NCBI GenBank assembly: GCA_965224025.1
Contig: OZ245033.1
Location: 224,001-288,000, forward strand
From: Candidatus Multivorans sp.
Lineage (GTDB): Bacteria > Acidobacteriota > Thermoanaerobaculia > Multivoradales > Multivoraceae
DNA length: 64,000 nucleotides
Direction: 5' to 3'
Shown here: positions 1-9,174 of the stretch, piece by piece
Numbering within the stretch: the first letter of the stretch is position 1
Layout: each line of letters starts with the position of its first letter
Made by a program: the position numbers and the translations under genes
Notes under the pieces: model-generated
Database searches by the model: none
What the model saw: only the letters and a program-made list of their open reading frames with translations
Told to the model about the DNA's origin: nothing

Positions 1-575
1 CCGCTCGCCGTCAACTCGTCGATCAGGAAGGTGGCCGGCACATTGTTCAGCCAGGTCCGGATGGTGGGGCCGATCGCCTCGATGTAAAGGTGGTTCCAGC
101 CACCGGGCCGGAGAGCCCGGCTCGCCTCCGTGTTCGCCGCCAGCGGGAACAACCAGCCGCGCCGGGCCTCGTCGTAGATGCCGGCTGTCCAGGCGCGTTC
201 GCTCGGATCGATCTCTACCTGGTAGCCATGCACCGTGCCGTTGCGGTAGTCGCGATCGCTGTGGCTCCGGATCTGGACGCCCGCGTTGAGACCGTCGTCG
301 ATCTTGAACTCCAACTGGAGCGCGAAGTCGCCGTACTCCTCCTCGGTGGCCAGGAAGGAGTTCGGCGTCTCGATGACCGCCGTACCCACGACCACACCGT
401 CCTCCAGCGTGTACACCGCGGCGCCTCCGAGTTGCCGCCATCCCTCCTCGAGGCCGCCGGCGGTCAGATCGATCCAGCCGGAGTCGGGATCGGGTTGGGC
501 GAACCCAGGCAGCGCTACACCAATAAAGAGCAGCACCAAGGACGGCACAGCGGAAGACGCTGAGTAGGGGCGCAT
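1..575 (-). CDS. DUF1080 (3-keto-disaccharide hydrolase-like) exported protein, runs off window start
   Basis: Manual minus-strand translation from ATG at 575: signal peptide, then NSFLATEEEYGDFALQLEFKIDDGLNAGVQIRS and WNHLYIEAIGPTIRTWLN, typical of DUF1080. Not in the ORF track because there is no stop in the window. Confidence 0.8.
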   Translation of the reverse strand, partial: MRPYSASSAVPSLVLLFIGVALPGFAQPDPDSGWIDLTAGGLEEGWRQLGGAAVYTLEDGVVVGTAVIETPNSFLATEEEYGDFALQLEFKIDDGLNAGVQIRSHSDRDYRNGTVHGYQVEIDPSERAWTAGIYDEARRGWLFPLAANTEASRALRPGGWNHLYIEAIGPTIRTWLNNVPATFLIDELTAS

Positions 576-645
576 CGGTGCGTCAGCTTACCGCCCCCCT
601 GCTCAACCACGTTGCCGACGGCTCGGCATCTACGATGTTCTGTTG

Positions 646-674
646 TTGACATCGTGATGCCTGACTCCTAGCAT
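646..674 (+). promoter_or_regulatory. sigma70-type promoter of a TA operon, probably leaderless
   Basis: TTGACA (646-651), 17-bp spacer, TAGCAT (669-674), ATG 7 nt downstream; imperfect palindrome (CATCgtGATG) over the -35/spacer. Confidence 0.65.
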
Positions 675-681
675 CCCACAC

Positions 682-927
682 ATGAGAACGACACTCACTC
701 TGGACGACGACGTCGCCGCCAAGGTGCGCGACGAGATGGTGCGCACAGGCGCCACGATGAAGCAGATCGTGAACGGAACGCTCCGGCAGGGCTTTGAGGC
801 GCCGACCGAAGAGGAAATGGCGAGTCCCTTCAAGTTGGAAGCACGCAGGATTGGCCTCCGTCCGGAGTTCGACCTCAACGACATCAGCGGTCTGCTCGAT
901 CACCTGGACGGCCCTTCGCGGCGATGA
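682..927 (+). CDS. vapB: VapB-like ribbon-helix-helix antitoxin
   Basis: MRTTLTLDDDVAAKV N-terminus; overlaps the downstream PIN gene (ATGA). Confidence 0.85.
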   Translation: MRTTLTLDDDVAAKVRDEMVRTGATMKQIVNGTLRQGFEAPTEEEMASPFKLEARRIGLRPEFDLNDISGLLDHLDGPSRR

Positions 928-1358
928 CCCTGATCGACGCCAACATCCTTCTCTACGCCCACGACACCGCAAGCCCCCACCACCTTGCAGCGGGCCGCTG
1001 GTTCGAGTCGGAGCTCGCCTCCGGGCGTGCCGTGAGCTTTGCGCTCGTCACTCTGCTGGCCTTCGTCCGCATCGCATCCGACCGTCGCATCTGTACTCAT
1101 CCGATCAAACCGGCCGTCGCCTGCTCGATGATCGAGAAGTGGCTGGCCCTGCCGAACTCTCGCCTGCTTCAGCCAGGACCGCGAACCTGGCAGATCCTGA
1201 GCAGGCTCTGTGAACGCGGTCAGGCCAGAGGCGCGATGGTGATGGACGCACACCTCGCCGCGCTGGCTCTGGAACACGGAGCGATGATCGCGACTAGCGA
1301 CCGGGACTTCACCCGGTTCCCGGGGATCGACCTTGTGAACCCGGTTGGCGCGCGCTAG
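924..1358 (+). CDS. vapC: VapC PIN-domain ribonuclease toxin
   Basis: LIDANILLYA, DAHLAALALEHG, TSDRDFTRF PIN motifs. Confidence 0.92.
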   Translation: MTLIDANILLYAHDTASPHHLAAGRWFESELASGRAVSFALVTLLAFVRIASDRRICTHPIKPAVACSMIEKWLALPNSRLLQPGPRTWQILSRLCERGQARGAMVMDAHLAALALEHGAMIATSDRDFTRFPGIDLVNPVGAR

Positions 1359-1439
1359 GAGTGTCCGCAGCGTTGTCGCTGCGCTGTCGCGCAGGGAACA
1401 GGCAGCGAGTAGCCAACGTTACAGCGGCGTCGTGGGTTC

Positions 1440-1625
1440 ATAGAGTTGGCCGCGCTGGGCAGCGAGGCCGCGCAGGCACTGGTGTGTTGGCGCCCGACTA
1501 GGAGTTTGGCCCGGACCGTGATCGGCGCTCTGACGCTGGCGGCGCGGCTTGTGTCGCGACCCCGTATGCAAGATTGAGCTTTTCGCCGCGGTCTCTGCCC
1601 AGCGCGACGATTGGATTCCACATCT
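1440..1625 (+). ncRNA. candidate IS110 bridge RNA (ends approximate)
   Basis: Non-coding left end containing CTAGGAGT (1498-1505, same as left junction 1355-1362) inside a GCGCCCGA/TCGGCGC stem, and ATGCAAGA (1566-1573, same as right junction 3007-3014). Confidence 0.5.
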
Positions 1626-1639
1626 ACGGGAGGCAGGGG

Positions 1640-2959
1640 ATGGCAAAGCGGAAGGCGGAGCGTCTGGAAGTCGTTCACCCGGATTGCGCCGGTGTGGACG
1701 TAGGCAAGCGCAAGCACTACGTGGCGGTGGCCCCGTCGCGTTTCGAGCGGCCGGTGCGCAATTTCTCGTCGTTCACGGAGGACCTCGAGGCGATGGCCTC
1801 GTGGCTTCAGGAGTGCGGCGTGCGTGAGGTGGCGCTGGAGTCGACGGGGGTGTACTGGATTCCGGTGTTCGAGGTGCTGGACCGGGCGGGGTTCGAGGTG
1901 CATCTGGTGAATCCTCGGGCGACCAAGCAGGTGAGTGGCCGCAAGAGTGACGTTCTGGACTGCCAGTGGATCCGGCAGTTGATGAGCTACGGGCTCCTGC
2001 GCGGTGCGTTTCGCGCGCCGGACGAGTTGTGTCCGCTGCGTTCGTACACGCGGCAGCGCGCCCAGTTGGTCCGCGACCGCAGCCGCGCGGTGCAGCACAT
2101 CCAGAAGGCTCTGGTGCAGATGAACGTGCAGTTGGACAACGTGCTGAGCGACATCATGGGCAAGACCGGCCAGTTGATCGTGCGCGCGATCGTCGCCGGC
2201 GAGCGCGACGGCGCGGCGCTGGCCCGTCACCGGGACGGTCGCTGCAAGGCTGGTCCGGCTGTGATCGCGGCGAGTTTGCAAGGCAACTGGCGAGACGAGC
2301 ACCTGTTCGCTCTGGGCCAGGCGCTGGCCCGCTACGACATGCTGCAAGGCCAGATCGAGATGTGCGAGAAGCGCATCGACGCCGAGCTCGACGGCCTGGC
2401 CCAAGACGGCGTCGAGGACGCGCCGCCGCCCGGTTCGAAGGCGCGCGAGCGCGCCCTGCGGAAGCGGCTGCATCGCATGCTCGGCGTGGACCTGGTCGCC
2501 ATTCCGACGGTCGGCGTCGAAACCGCGCTGACCTTCGCCGCTGAGATCGGCCCGGACCTGTCCCGGTTTCCCTCGCAGGGCAACTTCTGCTCGTGGCTGT
2601 GTCTGGCTCCACCGACCAACATCAGCGGCGACAAACGGCTGAACGGCCCTCCCGTGAAGCAGACCAACCGGGTCGGCCAGGCGCTGCGCCAAGCCGCCAC
2701 CACAGCCCGCAACAGCAAGACCGCCATCGGAGCCTCTCACCGCCGGCGTCTCCAGCACATGGAGAAGGCGAAGGCCATCAAGGCCACCGCTCATCAACTC
2801 GGCCGACTGATCTACGCCATGCTGACCCACGGCGAAGAGTACGTCGAGCGCGACCTCGTCGAAATGGAGGCCGTCCGACGCGAACGACAAATCAGAAACC
2901 TGCAGCGTCAGGCCCGCCGCCTGAATCTGGCTCTCGTGCCGACCGAACATGCCGCCTGA
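1640..2959 (+). CDS. IS110-family DEDD transposase/recombinase
   Basis: GVDVGK, VALESTGVYW, KSDVLDCQWI DEDD motifs; AIPTVG..AEIG..SWLCLAP..ISG C-terminal domain; GGGAGG upstream of the ATG at 1640. Confidence 0.95.
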   Translation: MAKRKAERLEVVHPDCAGVDVGKRKHYVAVAPSRFERPVRNFSSFTEDLEAMASWLQECGVREVALESTGVYWIPVFEVLDRAGFEVHLVNPRATKQVSGRKSDVLDCQWIRQLMSYGLLRGAFRAPDELCPLRSYTRQRAQLVRDRSRAVQHIQKALVQMNVQLDNVLSDIMGKTGQLIVRAIVAGERDGAALARHRDGRCKAGPAVIAASLQGNWRDEHLFALGQALARYDMLQGQIEMCEKRIDAELDGLAQDGVEDAPPPGSKARERALRKRLHRMLGVDLVAIPTVGVETALTFAAEIGPDLSRFPSQGNFCSWLCLAPPTNISGDKRLNGPPVKQTNRVGQALRQAATTARNSKTAIGASHRRRLQHMEKAKAIKATAHQLGRLIYAMLTHGEEYVERDLVEMEAVRRERQIRNLQRQARRLNLALVPTEHAA

Positions 2960-3028
2960 ATCGCGCAACCTGCGCTGCCAACAAGGAACCCCTACCCGTT
3001 TGTTCCATGCAAGACTGCGCGGCAGAAA

Positions 3029-3072
3029 CTGGGTGCGCGGGCCTTCTGGCCGCATCCGGCGCGAAGCGCCGG
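3029..3072. repeat. REP-like palindrome family A, degenerate copy
   Basis: CTGGGTGCGCGGGCCTTCTGGCCGCATCCGGCGCGAAGCGCCGG resembles 48156-48200. Confidence 0.6.
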
Positions 3073-3102
3073 TCTCTGGGAGTTCCGCCGCGCTAGCGTC
3101 AA

Positions 3103-3153
3103 CCGTGAACCACTCCGAGCGCCCGTCACCGGGTGCTCGGATGCACACCCGGT
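3103..3153. repeat. REP-like palindrome family B, degenerate copy
   Basis: CCGTGAACCACTCCGAGCGCCCGTCACCGGGTGCTCGGATG resembles the copies at 5424, 50810 and 59441. Confidence 0.7.
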
Positions 3154-3219
3154 AGCGGGAGCGCGGGGAGCTAGGATCGCCGCTTCCGGCGCCGCTGGAC
3201 GGTAGAGGAGACCACAACC

Positions 3220-4293
3220 TTGGAATCGATCGACATCCGGCCTCAGGCGCTGCGGGAAGCAGCAGTCATGATCCTTGAAGCCGGCGGCAGCGGGCCCGAT
3301 GAGGCCCGGATCGTCGCCGACCACTTGGTGCTGGCCAACCTCTCGGGGCACGACAGCCACGGCATCGGCATGTTGCCCGCCTACGAGCGGAGCCTCGGCA
3401 ACGGAACCCTGAATCCGAACCGGAGGGTCGAACTGGTTCGCGACGACGGCGCGATCATGATGTTCGATGGCGGCATGGGCTACGGCCAGGTCGTCGGGCG
3501 CGAGGCGACCGCGGCCACGATCGAACGCTGCCGGAGCACGGGCGTGGTCCTGGCGTCGGTCCGCTACTGCCATCACTTGGGGCGCATCGGCACGTACGGC
3601 GAGCAGGTGGCGGACGCTGGCCTCGCCTCGCTCCATTTCGCCAACGTGGTCGGCCACCAGGCTCTGGTCGCGCCCTACCGCGGCACGGACGCCCGCTACT
3701 CCACGAACCCGATGTGCCTATCGCTTCCGGGCAGCGACAGCCAGCCCGCGATTCTCCTCGACATGGCGACCAGCCGGATCGCCCACGGCAAGGCCCGCGT
3801 GGCCCACAACAAGGGCGAAGAGGTTCCCGCGGGCTCCCTGATCGACCATCGCGGACGCCAGACACGCGACCCGAGCGTGCTTTTCAAGCAGCCGGTCGGC
3901 GCCCTCACCTCCTTCGGAGACCACAAGGGCTACGGCTTGGCGATCTTCTGCGAGCTCCTCGGCGGCATGATGAGCGGCGGCCGCACCGCCCAGCCCGAAC
4001 ACGGGATGGAGGGCACGATCATCAACAACATGTTCATGGTCGTGTTCGATCCGGACCGTCTGATCGAACGTTCGGCGATGGACCACGAACTCGCAGCCCT
4101 GGTCGCCCACGTCAAGGCGTCACCCGCAGCCGACCCGGATGAGCCGGTGCTCGTGCCCGGGGACCCGGAGCGGGCAATAAGGATCGAGCGCGCCGATGCG
4201 ATCCCCGTCGACGCCGAATCCTGGCGCCAGATCGTCGCCACCGGAGAGCGGCTGGGGGTGGCGCCGGGCCGGCTGGAAGCGCTGGCCGGTTAG
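3220..4293 (+). CDS. malate/lactate/ureidoglycolate dehydrogenase (Ldh_2 family, HcxB/YbiC-like)
   Basis: ANLSGHDSHG, HHLGRIG, TNPM, LLDMATS, DHKGYGL motifs. Confidence 0.92.
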   Translation: MESIDIRPQALREAAVMILEAGGSGPDEARIVADHLVLANLSGHDSHGIGMLPAYERSLGNGTLNPNRRVELVRDDGAIMMFDGGMGYGQVVGREATAATIERCRSTGVVLASVRYCHHLGRIGTYGEQVADAGLASLHFANVVGHQALVAPYRGTDARYSTNPMCLSLPGSDSQPAILLDMATSRIAHGKARVAHNKGEEVPAGSLIDHRGRQTRDPSVLFKQPVGALTSFGDHKGYGLAIFCELLGGMMSGGRTAQPEHGMEGTIINNMFMVVFDPDRLIERSAMDHELAALVAHVKASPAADPDEPVLVPGDPERAIRIERADAIPVDAESWRQIVATGERLGVAPGRLEALAG

Positions 4294-5339
4294 CGCCCCG
4301 CCTCGCTGAAGAACCTCCAAAGCAACTCGCCGCCGAAGTTGGCGGCATCGTCGCGCGGCCAAACGTGGGCGCCGTCCCAGGAACAACTGCGAACCGCTCG
4401 GCCGGCGGCGCAGCCCGGATACTCGACGCAGGTCAACTCGCGTCGTCCGTCCCACGGCGTCTCAACCGGCACCGGGTCCGCGGCACAGGACTGGGCCTCG
4501 GCCCACTTCTCCGCCACTCCCTGCTGCGACGTGTAGATGTAGCCGTCGCTCGCGAATGAGCCGTCGATCGGCACGGTGCGGTCGGTGGCGCCGCCGACGA
4601 GCAGCATCGACGGGCCGGGCGCCTCGGCCGCGCAGTTGAAGCCGGGCGCCAGGTAACCGTGCATCGGCGCGACCGCGGCCAGACGGTCGCCCAGGGCGCA
4701 ACCGAGCCGGTGGACGAACATCCCGCCGTTGCTGTAGCCGGACGCGAAGACGCGGTCCACATCTAGGCAGAGCTCCGCCGACAGGTGGTCGATCAGGGCG
4801 GCGATGTAGCCGACGTCGTCGTGGCAGGAACACCAGTTGCACGGCCCGCACTCGCCGCACTCGGGCGGACAGGGATACGGGTTCGCGTCCTCCCGGCAGG
4901 CGGGTTCCTCAGGCTTCAAAGGCGCACTGCAGGCTAGGTCGTTCCAGGACGTGATGGTGGCGTTCCGGCTCTGGCCCGGCGGGCCCACGGCCGCCTCGAA
5001 CGAAGTGCCCTGCGGAAACACGAGCACGAAGCCTTCCCGGTCGGAGAACTCCGACAGGCCCGTCCAGCCGTCGCTGTGGCGGGCGCTGCCGGTGTAGCCG
5101 TGGACGTGCAGCCACAGCGGTAGCGGTTCGGCGCGGTCGTAGCCGGATGGCAGGTGGAGGCGGTAGCCGCGGGTCAGGCCGTCGTGGGCGAGTTCGAGGT
5201 CGACGCTGGTTCCGGGTTCGGCGGCCACGCTGGATGCGGCACCGGCTGAGCAGCCTGGACTGTCGGTGGCGGCGAGCGGGACGGCGACGGCTAGTAGCGC
5301 GACGATAGTCGCGAGGGTGGGCAGTCGCTGTGCGGGCAT
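4290..5339 (-). CDS. exported alpha/beta-hydrolase, PHB depolymerase/LpqC-like esterase
   Basis: Signal peptide, HVHGYTGS, FPQG, DDVGYI, GYSNGG nucleophile, GAHVWP. Confidence 0.85.
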   Translation of the reverse strand: MPAQRLPTLATIVALLAVAVPLAATDSPGCSAGAASSVAAEPGTSVDLELAHDGLTRGYRLHLPSGYDRAEPLPLWLHVHGYTGSARHSDGWTGLSEFSDREGFVLVFPQGTSFEAAVGPPGQSRNATITSWNDLACSAPLKPEEPACREDANPYPCPPECGECGPCNWCSCHDDVGYIAALIDHLSAELCLDVDRVFASGYSNGGMFVHRLGCALGDRLAAVAPMHGYLAPGFNCAAEAPGPSMLLVGGATDRTVPIDGSFASDGYIYTSQQGVAEKWAEAQSCAADPVPVETPWDGRRELTCVEYPGCAAGRAVRSCSWDGAHVWPRDDAANFGGELLWRFFSEAGR

Positions 5340-5423
5340 TCGCGGGCATCGTAGCGCGTTCGGAGCAGTAAGGTCCGGCCTGCGGCCGGCGCGTTCAAGG
5401 CCGCCTTCGGCGGCAGCCGGCGG

Positions 5424-5512
5424 GAACCCGGGTGGCGCGATCCCGCGCCACCCGCGAACCAGTCCGTGCGCCCGTCATCGGGCGCACGGATGGCACGCCG
5501 GCGCACCCAGTG
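5424..5512. repeat. REP-like palindrome family B
   Basis: GAACCCGGGTGGCGCG..CGCGCCACCCG followed by the TCCGTGCGCCCG-tcat-CGGGCGCACGGA hairpin. Confidence 0.85.
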
Positions 5513-5528
5513 TGTGATCTCGGCGCGG

Positions 5529-6316
5529 CTAGTAGGCGGGCAGTACCTGGAACCAACCGTCTCGCTCCACCAACCGCACGCCTACCTCGAACAGCTCGGA
5601 CAAGGCCGCGCCGGTGAGCATCTCGTCCTTCGACCCATCCCCGAACACCCGACCCGCCTTGAGCAGCACGACCCGCTCGACTTCCGGCGGGATCTGATCG
5701 ACGTAGTGAGTGACGATGATCAGCGTCGTTCCCGCCGCCGCGAGGGCGCGCAACCGCTCCATCAGGCCGAACGCGGCCCGCAGGTCGAGCCCGGTCGCCG
5801 GCTCGTCGAGCAACAGGGTATGCGGCTCATGGACCAGAGCCCGTGCAAGAAGGAGGCGGCGCTGCTCGCCGGAGGACAACGTATCGAACCGGCGTTCCAA
5901 CAGGTTGCCGGCACCCTGAGTCGCCGCGGCGGCGATGCCCCGACGCCGCTGCGCGTCGGTCAGCCCTGGTGCCGGTAGATGCCGACGCTAGCGACGAACC
6001 CCGAGCACACGACGTCCAGGCCCGACAGCCACCCGTGGTGCGTCGCCTGCAACTCGTGCGACACGACGCCGAGCTGGCGCCGGACGTCGAACACGTTCCA
6101 ACGCTCCCGGCCGAGCAACCGCATGCGAACCCCCGGCCGCCGCACGGGAAAGAACTCGCCGTTCAGCATCCGCAGCAGGGTCGACTTGCCTGCGCCGTTC
6201 GGACCGAGCACGGCCGTGTTCTGCCTCCGGGGGATCGAGAGCGTCACGCGGTCGAGCGCCGGCCGGCCGCCGCGAATAACGGTGACGTTGGCGAGTTCCA
6301 GCAGGGCTTCGTTCAT
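5529..6316 (-). pseudogene. ABC transporter ATP-binding protein (ModF-like), 1-bp frameshift near 5965
   Basis: Walker A GPNGAGKST in one frame, [14 protein letters not shown] in the next; one missing G in CAGGGCTG joins them (real lesion or sequencing error). Confidence 0.85.
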
Positions 6317-6363
6317 GGCGCTCGGCGCGCAGCCCGTTTCGGGGCCGCACATCGTGGGGAGCT

Positions 6364-7167
6364 CTACCGACCCTGGAACCGCGGTGGCCGCTTCTCGAGG
6401 AAGGCCTTGCGTCCCTCGACGTAGTCGTCGGAGCGGAAGCAGGCCTCCACGAGTTGCTTCACCCGATCCAGATCGCGGCGGTCCGGGTCCTTCGTGGCTT
6501 CCTTGATCGCGCGCTTGGACGCGCGAAGGGTGAGCGGGGCGTTCGCCGCCATCCTGCCGGCCAGATCGCGGACTGTGCCCTCCAGTTCATCAGCCGACGT
6601 CACACGATCGATCAGCCCCATGTGGTGAGCCTCGCCGGCGGTGAACCGCCGCGCGGTGAGCAGGATCTCGCTGGTGCGCTAGGGGCCCACGAGATCAACC
6701 AGCACCTTGATGCCAGAGAAGCCGTAACCCACGCCCAGGCGGCCTGCCGGGATCCCGAAGGTCGAGTCGTCCGAGGCGATCCGCAGGTCCGCGTTGAGCG
6801 CGGTCGCCAGGCCGCCGCCCAGGCAGAAACCCCGGATCATCGCGATCAGCGGCTTCTCGAGAGCGGCGAAGGCGCGGCCGGTCTCGCGGCCCGCCGCGTC
6901 GTAGCGCTCTCGCGCTTCCACCGTGGTGCGCAGCTTCTCGAACTCCGAGATGTCGGCGCCCGAGACGAACGCCCGGTCCCCAGCACCACGCAGCACGACG
7001 ACCCGAACGGCGTCGTCCTCCTGAAACCGGCGAAGAGTCATCGCCGAGGCGACCTGCATCTCGAACGACAAGGCGTTGCGCCGCGCCGGGTTGTTGTACG
7101 TCAGCCAACCGACGCCGTCCTCGATCTGGGCGACGATCTTCGTGGTCGGCAGTTCGATCGCGTTCAC
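6364..7167 (-). pseudogene. enoyl-CoA hydratase/isomerase with in-frame TAG at 6679-6681
   Basis: NNPARRNAL, AFVSGADISEF, GFCLGGG; reads VGP*RTSEILLTARRF in the same frame. Confidence 0.85.
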
Positions 7168-8342
7168 GACACCACCCCCGCGCCCCGCAGCGCCTCGATC
7201 TCCGAAGTTCCGAGACCCGCCTCGGCAAGAATCTCGTCCGTATGCTGCCCTGCCCCCGGCGCAGGGCTGCGCAGTTCGAACGGAGTCCGACGAAGCCGGA
7301 CCGGTTGACCGACGAGACGAACGTCGCCAAGCTCCGGGTGCTCCAGCGGCACCGCGATCCCGCAGTGTTCCACTTGCGGATCGGCGAAGGTCTGCCCCAG
7401 GTCGTAGACCGGACCGCAGGGCAGCCCCGTGTCGTTCAGGAGTTCGACAATCTCATCCACCCTGAAGCGGCGCGTCAGTTCGGCGACTTCGCCTTCGAGT
7501 TGCTCCCGGTTGGCGACGCGCCCGGCCGAGTTCCGGTACTCCGGACGCTCGAGAAGTTCCTCGCCGCCGAGCGCCTGGCACATGGCCCGGAAGTGCTTGC
7601 CGCTCGTGGCCGCGATGTTGACCCAACCGTCGGCGGAAGGGAACGTCCCCATCGGCGAGATCGTCGGGTGGTGGTTGCCCCGCTGGCCCGGAACCTCACC
7701 CTCGACCAGGTAGCGCGCGGCCTGGAAGTCGAGCATCCCGATCATCGCCTTGAGCAGGGAGGTGGTCACCCACTGTCCCTCGCCCGAGCGCTCCCGCTCG
7801 TGGAGGGCCGCCAGGATGCCGAAGGCGAGATAGAGGCCGGCCGCCAGGTCCGAGATCGCGGTGCCGACCCGCACCGGCCCCTGGCCGGGCAGGCCGGTCA
7901 CCGACATCAGTCCGCCCAGACCCTGGGCGATCTGGTCCACGCCGCCACGCTCGCGATACGGACCGGTCTGCCCGAAGCCCGACACGCTGCCGAAGACGAT
8001 GCGCGGGTTGATCGCGCGCACCGTCTTGTAGTCGAAGCCGAGCCGGTGCTTCACGTCGGCGCGGTAGTTCTCCACCAGCACGTCCGCGTCCCGGGCCAGA
8101 CGCAGAAGGACCTCGCGGCCGGCTTCGCTCTTCAGGTCGAGCGTCAGGCAGCGCTTGTTGCGGTGCAGGTTCTGGTAGTCGTGGCCGAGCCGGCGCGAGA
8201 TGCCGATCTCGCGGCCGGGCGCCGCCGGGCGCTCGATGCGCACCACGTCCGCGCCCCAATCGGCGAGTTGCCGCACCGCCGTCGGCCCGGCGCGGGCGAT
8301 CGTCAGGTCCAGGACCCGCAGGTCGGCGAGCGGGAGGGACAC
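7164..8342 (-). CDS. CaiB/BaiF family III CoA transferase
   Basis: LRVLDLT..AGP..LADWGADVVRIE, NLHRNKR, ADVLVENYR, SGFGQTGPY; GTG start at 8342 inferred. Confidence 0.92.
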   Translation of the reverse strand: MSLPLADLRVLDLTIARAGPTAVRQLADWGADVVRIERPAAPGREIGISRRLGHDYQNLHRNKRCLTLDLKSEAGREVLLRLARDADVLVENYRADVKHRLGFDYKTVRAINPRIVFGSVSGFGQTGPYRERGGVDQIAQGLGGLMSVTGLPGQGPVRVGTAISDLAAGLYLAFGILAALHERERSGEGQWVTTSLLKAMIGMLDFQAARYLVEGEVPGQRGNHHPTISPMGTFPSADGWVNIAATSGKHFRAMCQALGGEELLERPEYRNSAGRVANREQLEGEVAELTRRFRVDEIVELLNDTGLPCGPVYDLGQTFADPQVEHCGIAVPLEHPELGDVRLVGQPVRLRRTPFELRSPAPGAGQHTDEILAEAGLGTSEIEALRGAGVVS

Positions 8343-8353
8343 GGGATCGAGAA

Positions 8354-9085
8354 TCAGACCTCGGGCAACGCCCCGGCGGGCGTCGGCTCGGGAGGTGTTT
8401 CGAAGTCCTTGAAGATCCAGGAAATCGCGGCCTCGACCTGCTGCTTTGCGCCTTCTTCGACGACATCGCCGTGGCACGGAATCAGGCGGTCGAACGGGTG
8501 CCGCAACAGGCGCAGACAACTCGCGGCGCAGGCCGCGCGATCCCTAATCGCGAACCGGAACATCCGGCTCATGGCGACGCGGCGGTGGACTCCGGTGAGT
8601 CGGAAGTACATCGACGGAATCAAGCCCTGCCGCTGTTGCAGGTTGAACAGCAGGTCGGCCACCAGCAACGACCCGCTCGGACGGTGGCAGAACGCGACTT
8701 CGTTGAAGGCCGGCATCCCGTCGATCGGAATCGGCTGCAGTTCGCCGGCCCAGGGCGACGCGAAGCCGAGGGAGCCCGCGAAGGTCACGTCCTTGCGCTT
8801 GTCCTCGAGGCCGGGGGCGCCCAAGACATCCGCTTCAGGGAAGCGCGCGGCCGCGGCCGGCAGGTGAAGGTGGTGGAAGCGGTTCGGCGCGATCAGATAC
8901 TGCACCGGCCCGAGACTCTCGAGTTGCTCCGCCGTCCTGTCGTCAATCGGTCCCGGCGAGTACAACCACAGGCCGCCGTCGGCCAGGCGCACGACGATCA
9001 TGCGAGCCGGCGACGTGAAGCCGATGGCGATCTTCTGCACATGGTCAACGACCCAGACGTCGCGGCATACCTCCCTCAACGGCAT
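8354..9085 (-). CDS. DUF4336 family protein (metallo-beta-lactamase-like fold)
   Basis: RMIVVRLADGGLWLYSP, IAPNRFHHL, EVAFCHRPSGSLLVADL, LIPCHG. Confidence 0.85.
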   Translation of the reverse strand: MPLREVCRDVWVVDHVQKIAIGFTSPARMIVVRLADGGLWLYSPGPIDDRTAEQLESLGPVQYLIAPNRFHHLHLPAAAARFPEADVLGAPGLEDKRKDVTFAGSLGFASPWAGELQPIPIDGMPAFNEVAFCHRPSGSLLVADLLFNLQQRQGLIPSMYFRLTGVHRRVAMSRMFRFAIRDRAACAASCLRLLRHPFDRLIPCHGDVVEEGAKQQVEAAISWIFKDFETPPEPTPAGALPEV

Positions 9086-9174
9086 GGCGGCAAGTATAGG
9101 TCCGTCAGCGAATTGCGCGATCGGATCCCCAGCCCCCATCCCGATGTCCGTACACGGCGTAGAATCCCCCAGCC

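Larger units (their letters stand above)
1362..3013 (+). mobile_element. IS110-family insertion sequence (boundaries inferred, AG core)
   Basis: IS110 transposase with about 280 bp of upstream non-coding sequence; AG at 1360-1361 and 3012-3013; both junction sequences are repeated inside the left end. Confidence 0.6.

Noticed and set aside
5960-5970. Programmed frameshift in the ABC ATPase
   Set aside because: It is a one-base loss in a short G run with no slippery heptamer. Like the breaks near 31550 and 50590, it is probably a lesion or sequencing error.
6679-6681. In-frame TAG in the enoyl-CoA hydratase as pyrrolysine or stop-codon reassignment
   Set aside because: TAG terminates many intact genes here and no pyl genes are visible. 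A single-base nonsense change (for example TCG to TAG) or a read error is simpler.
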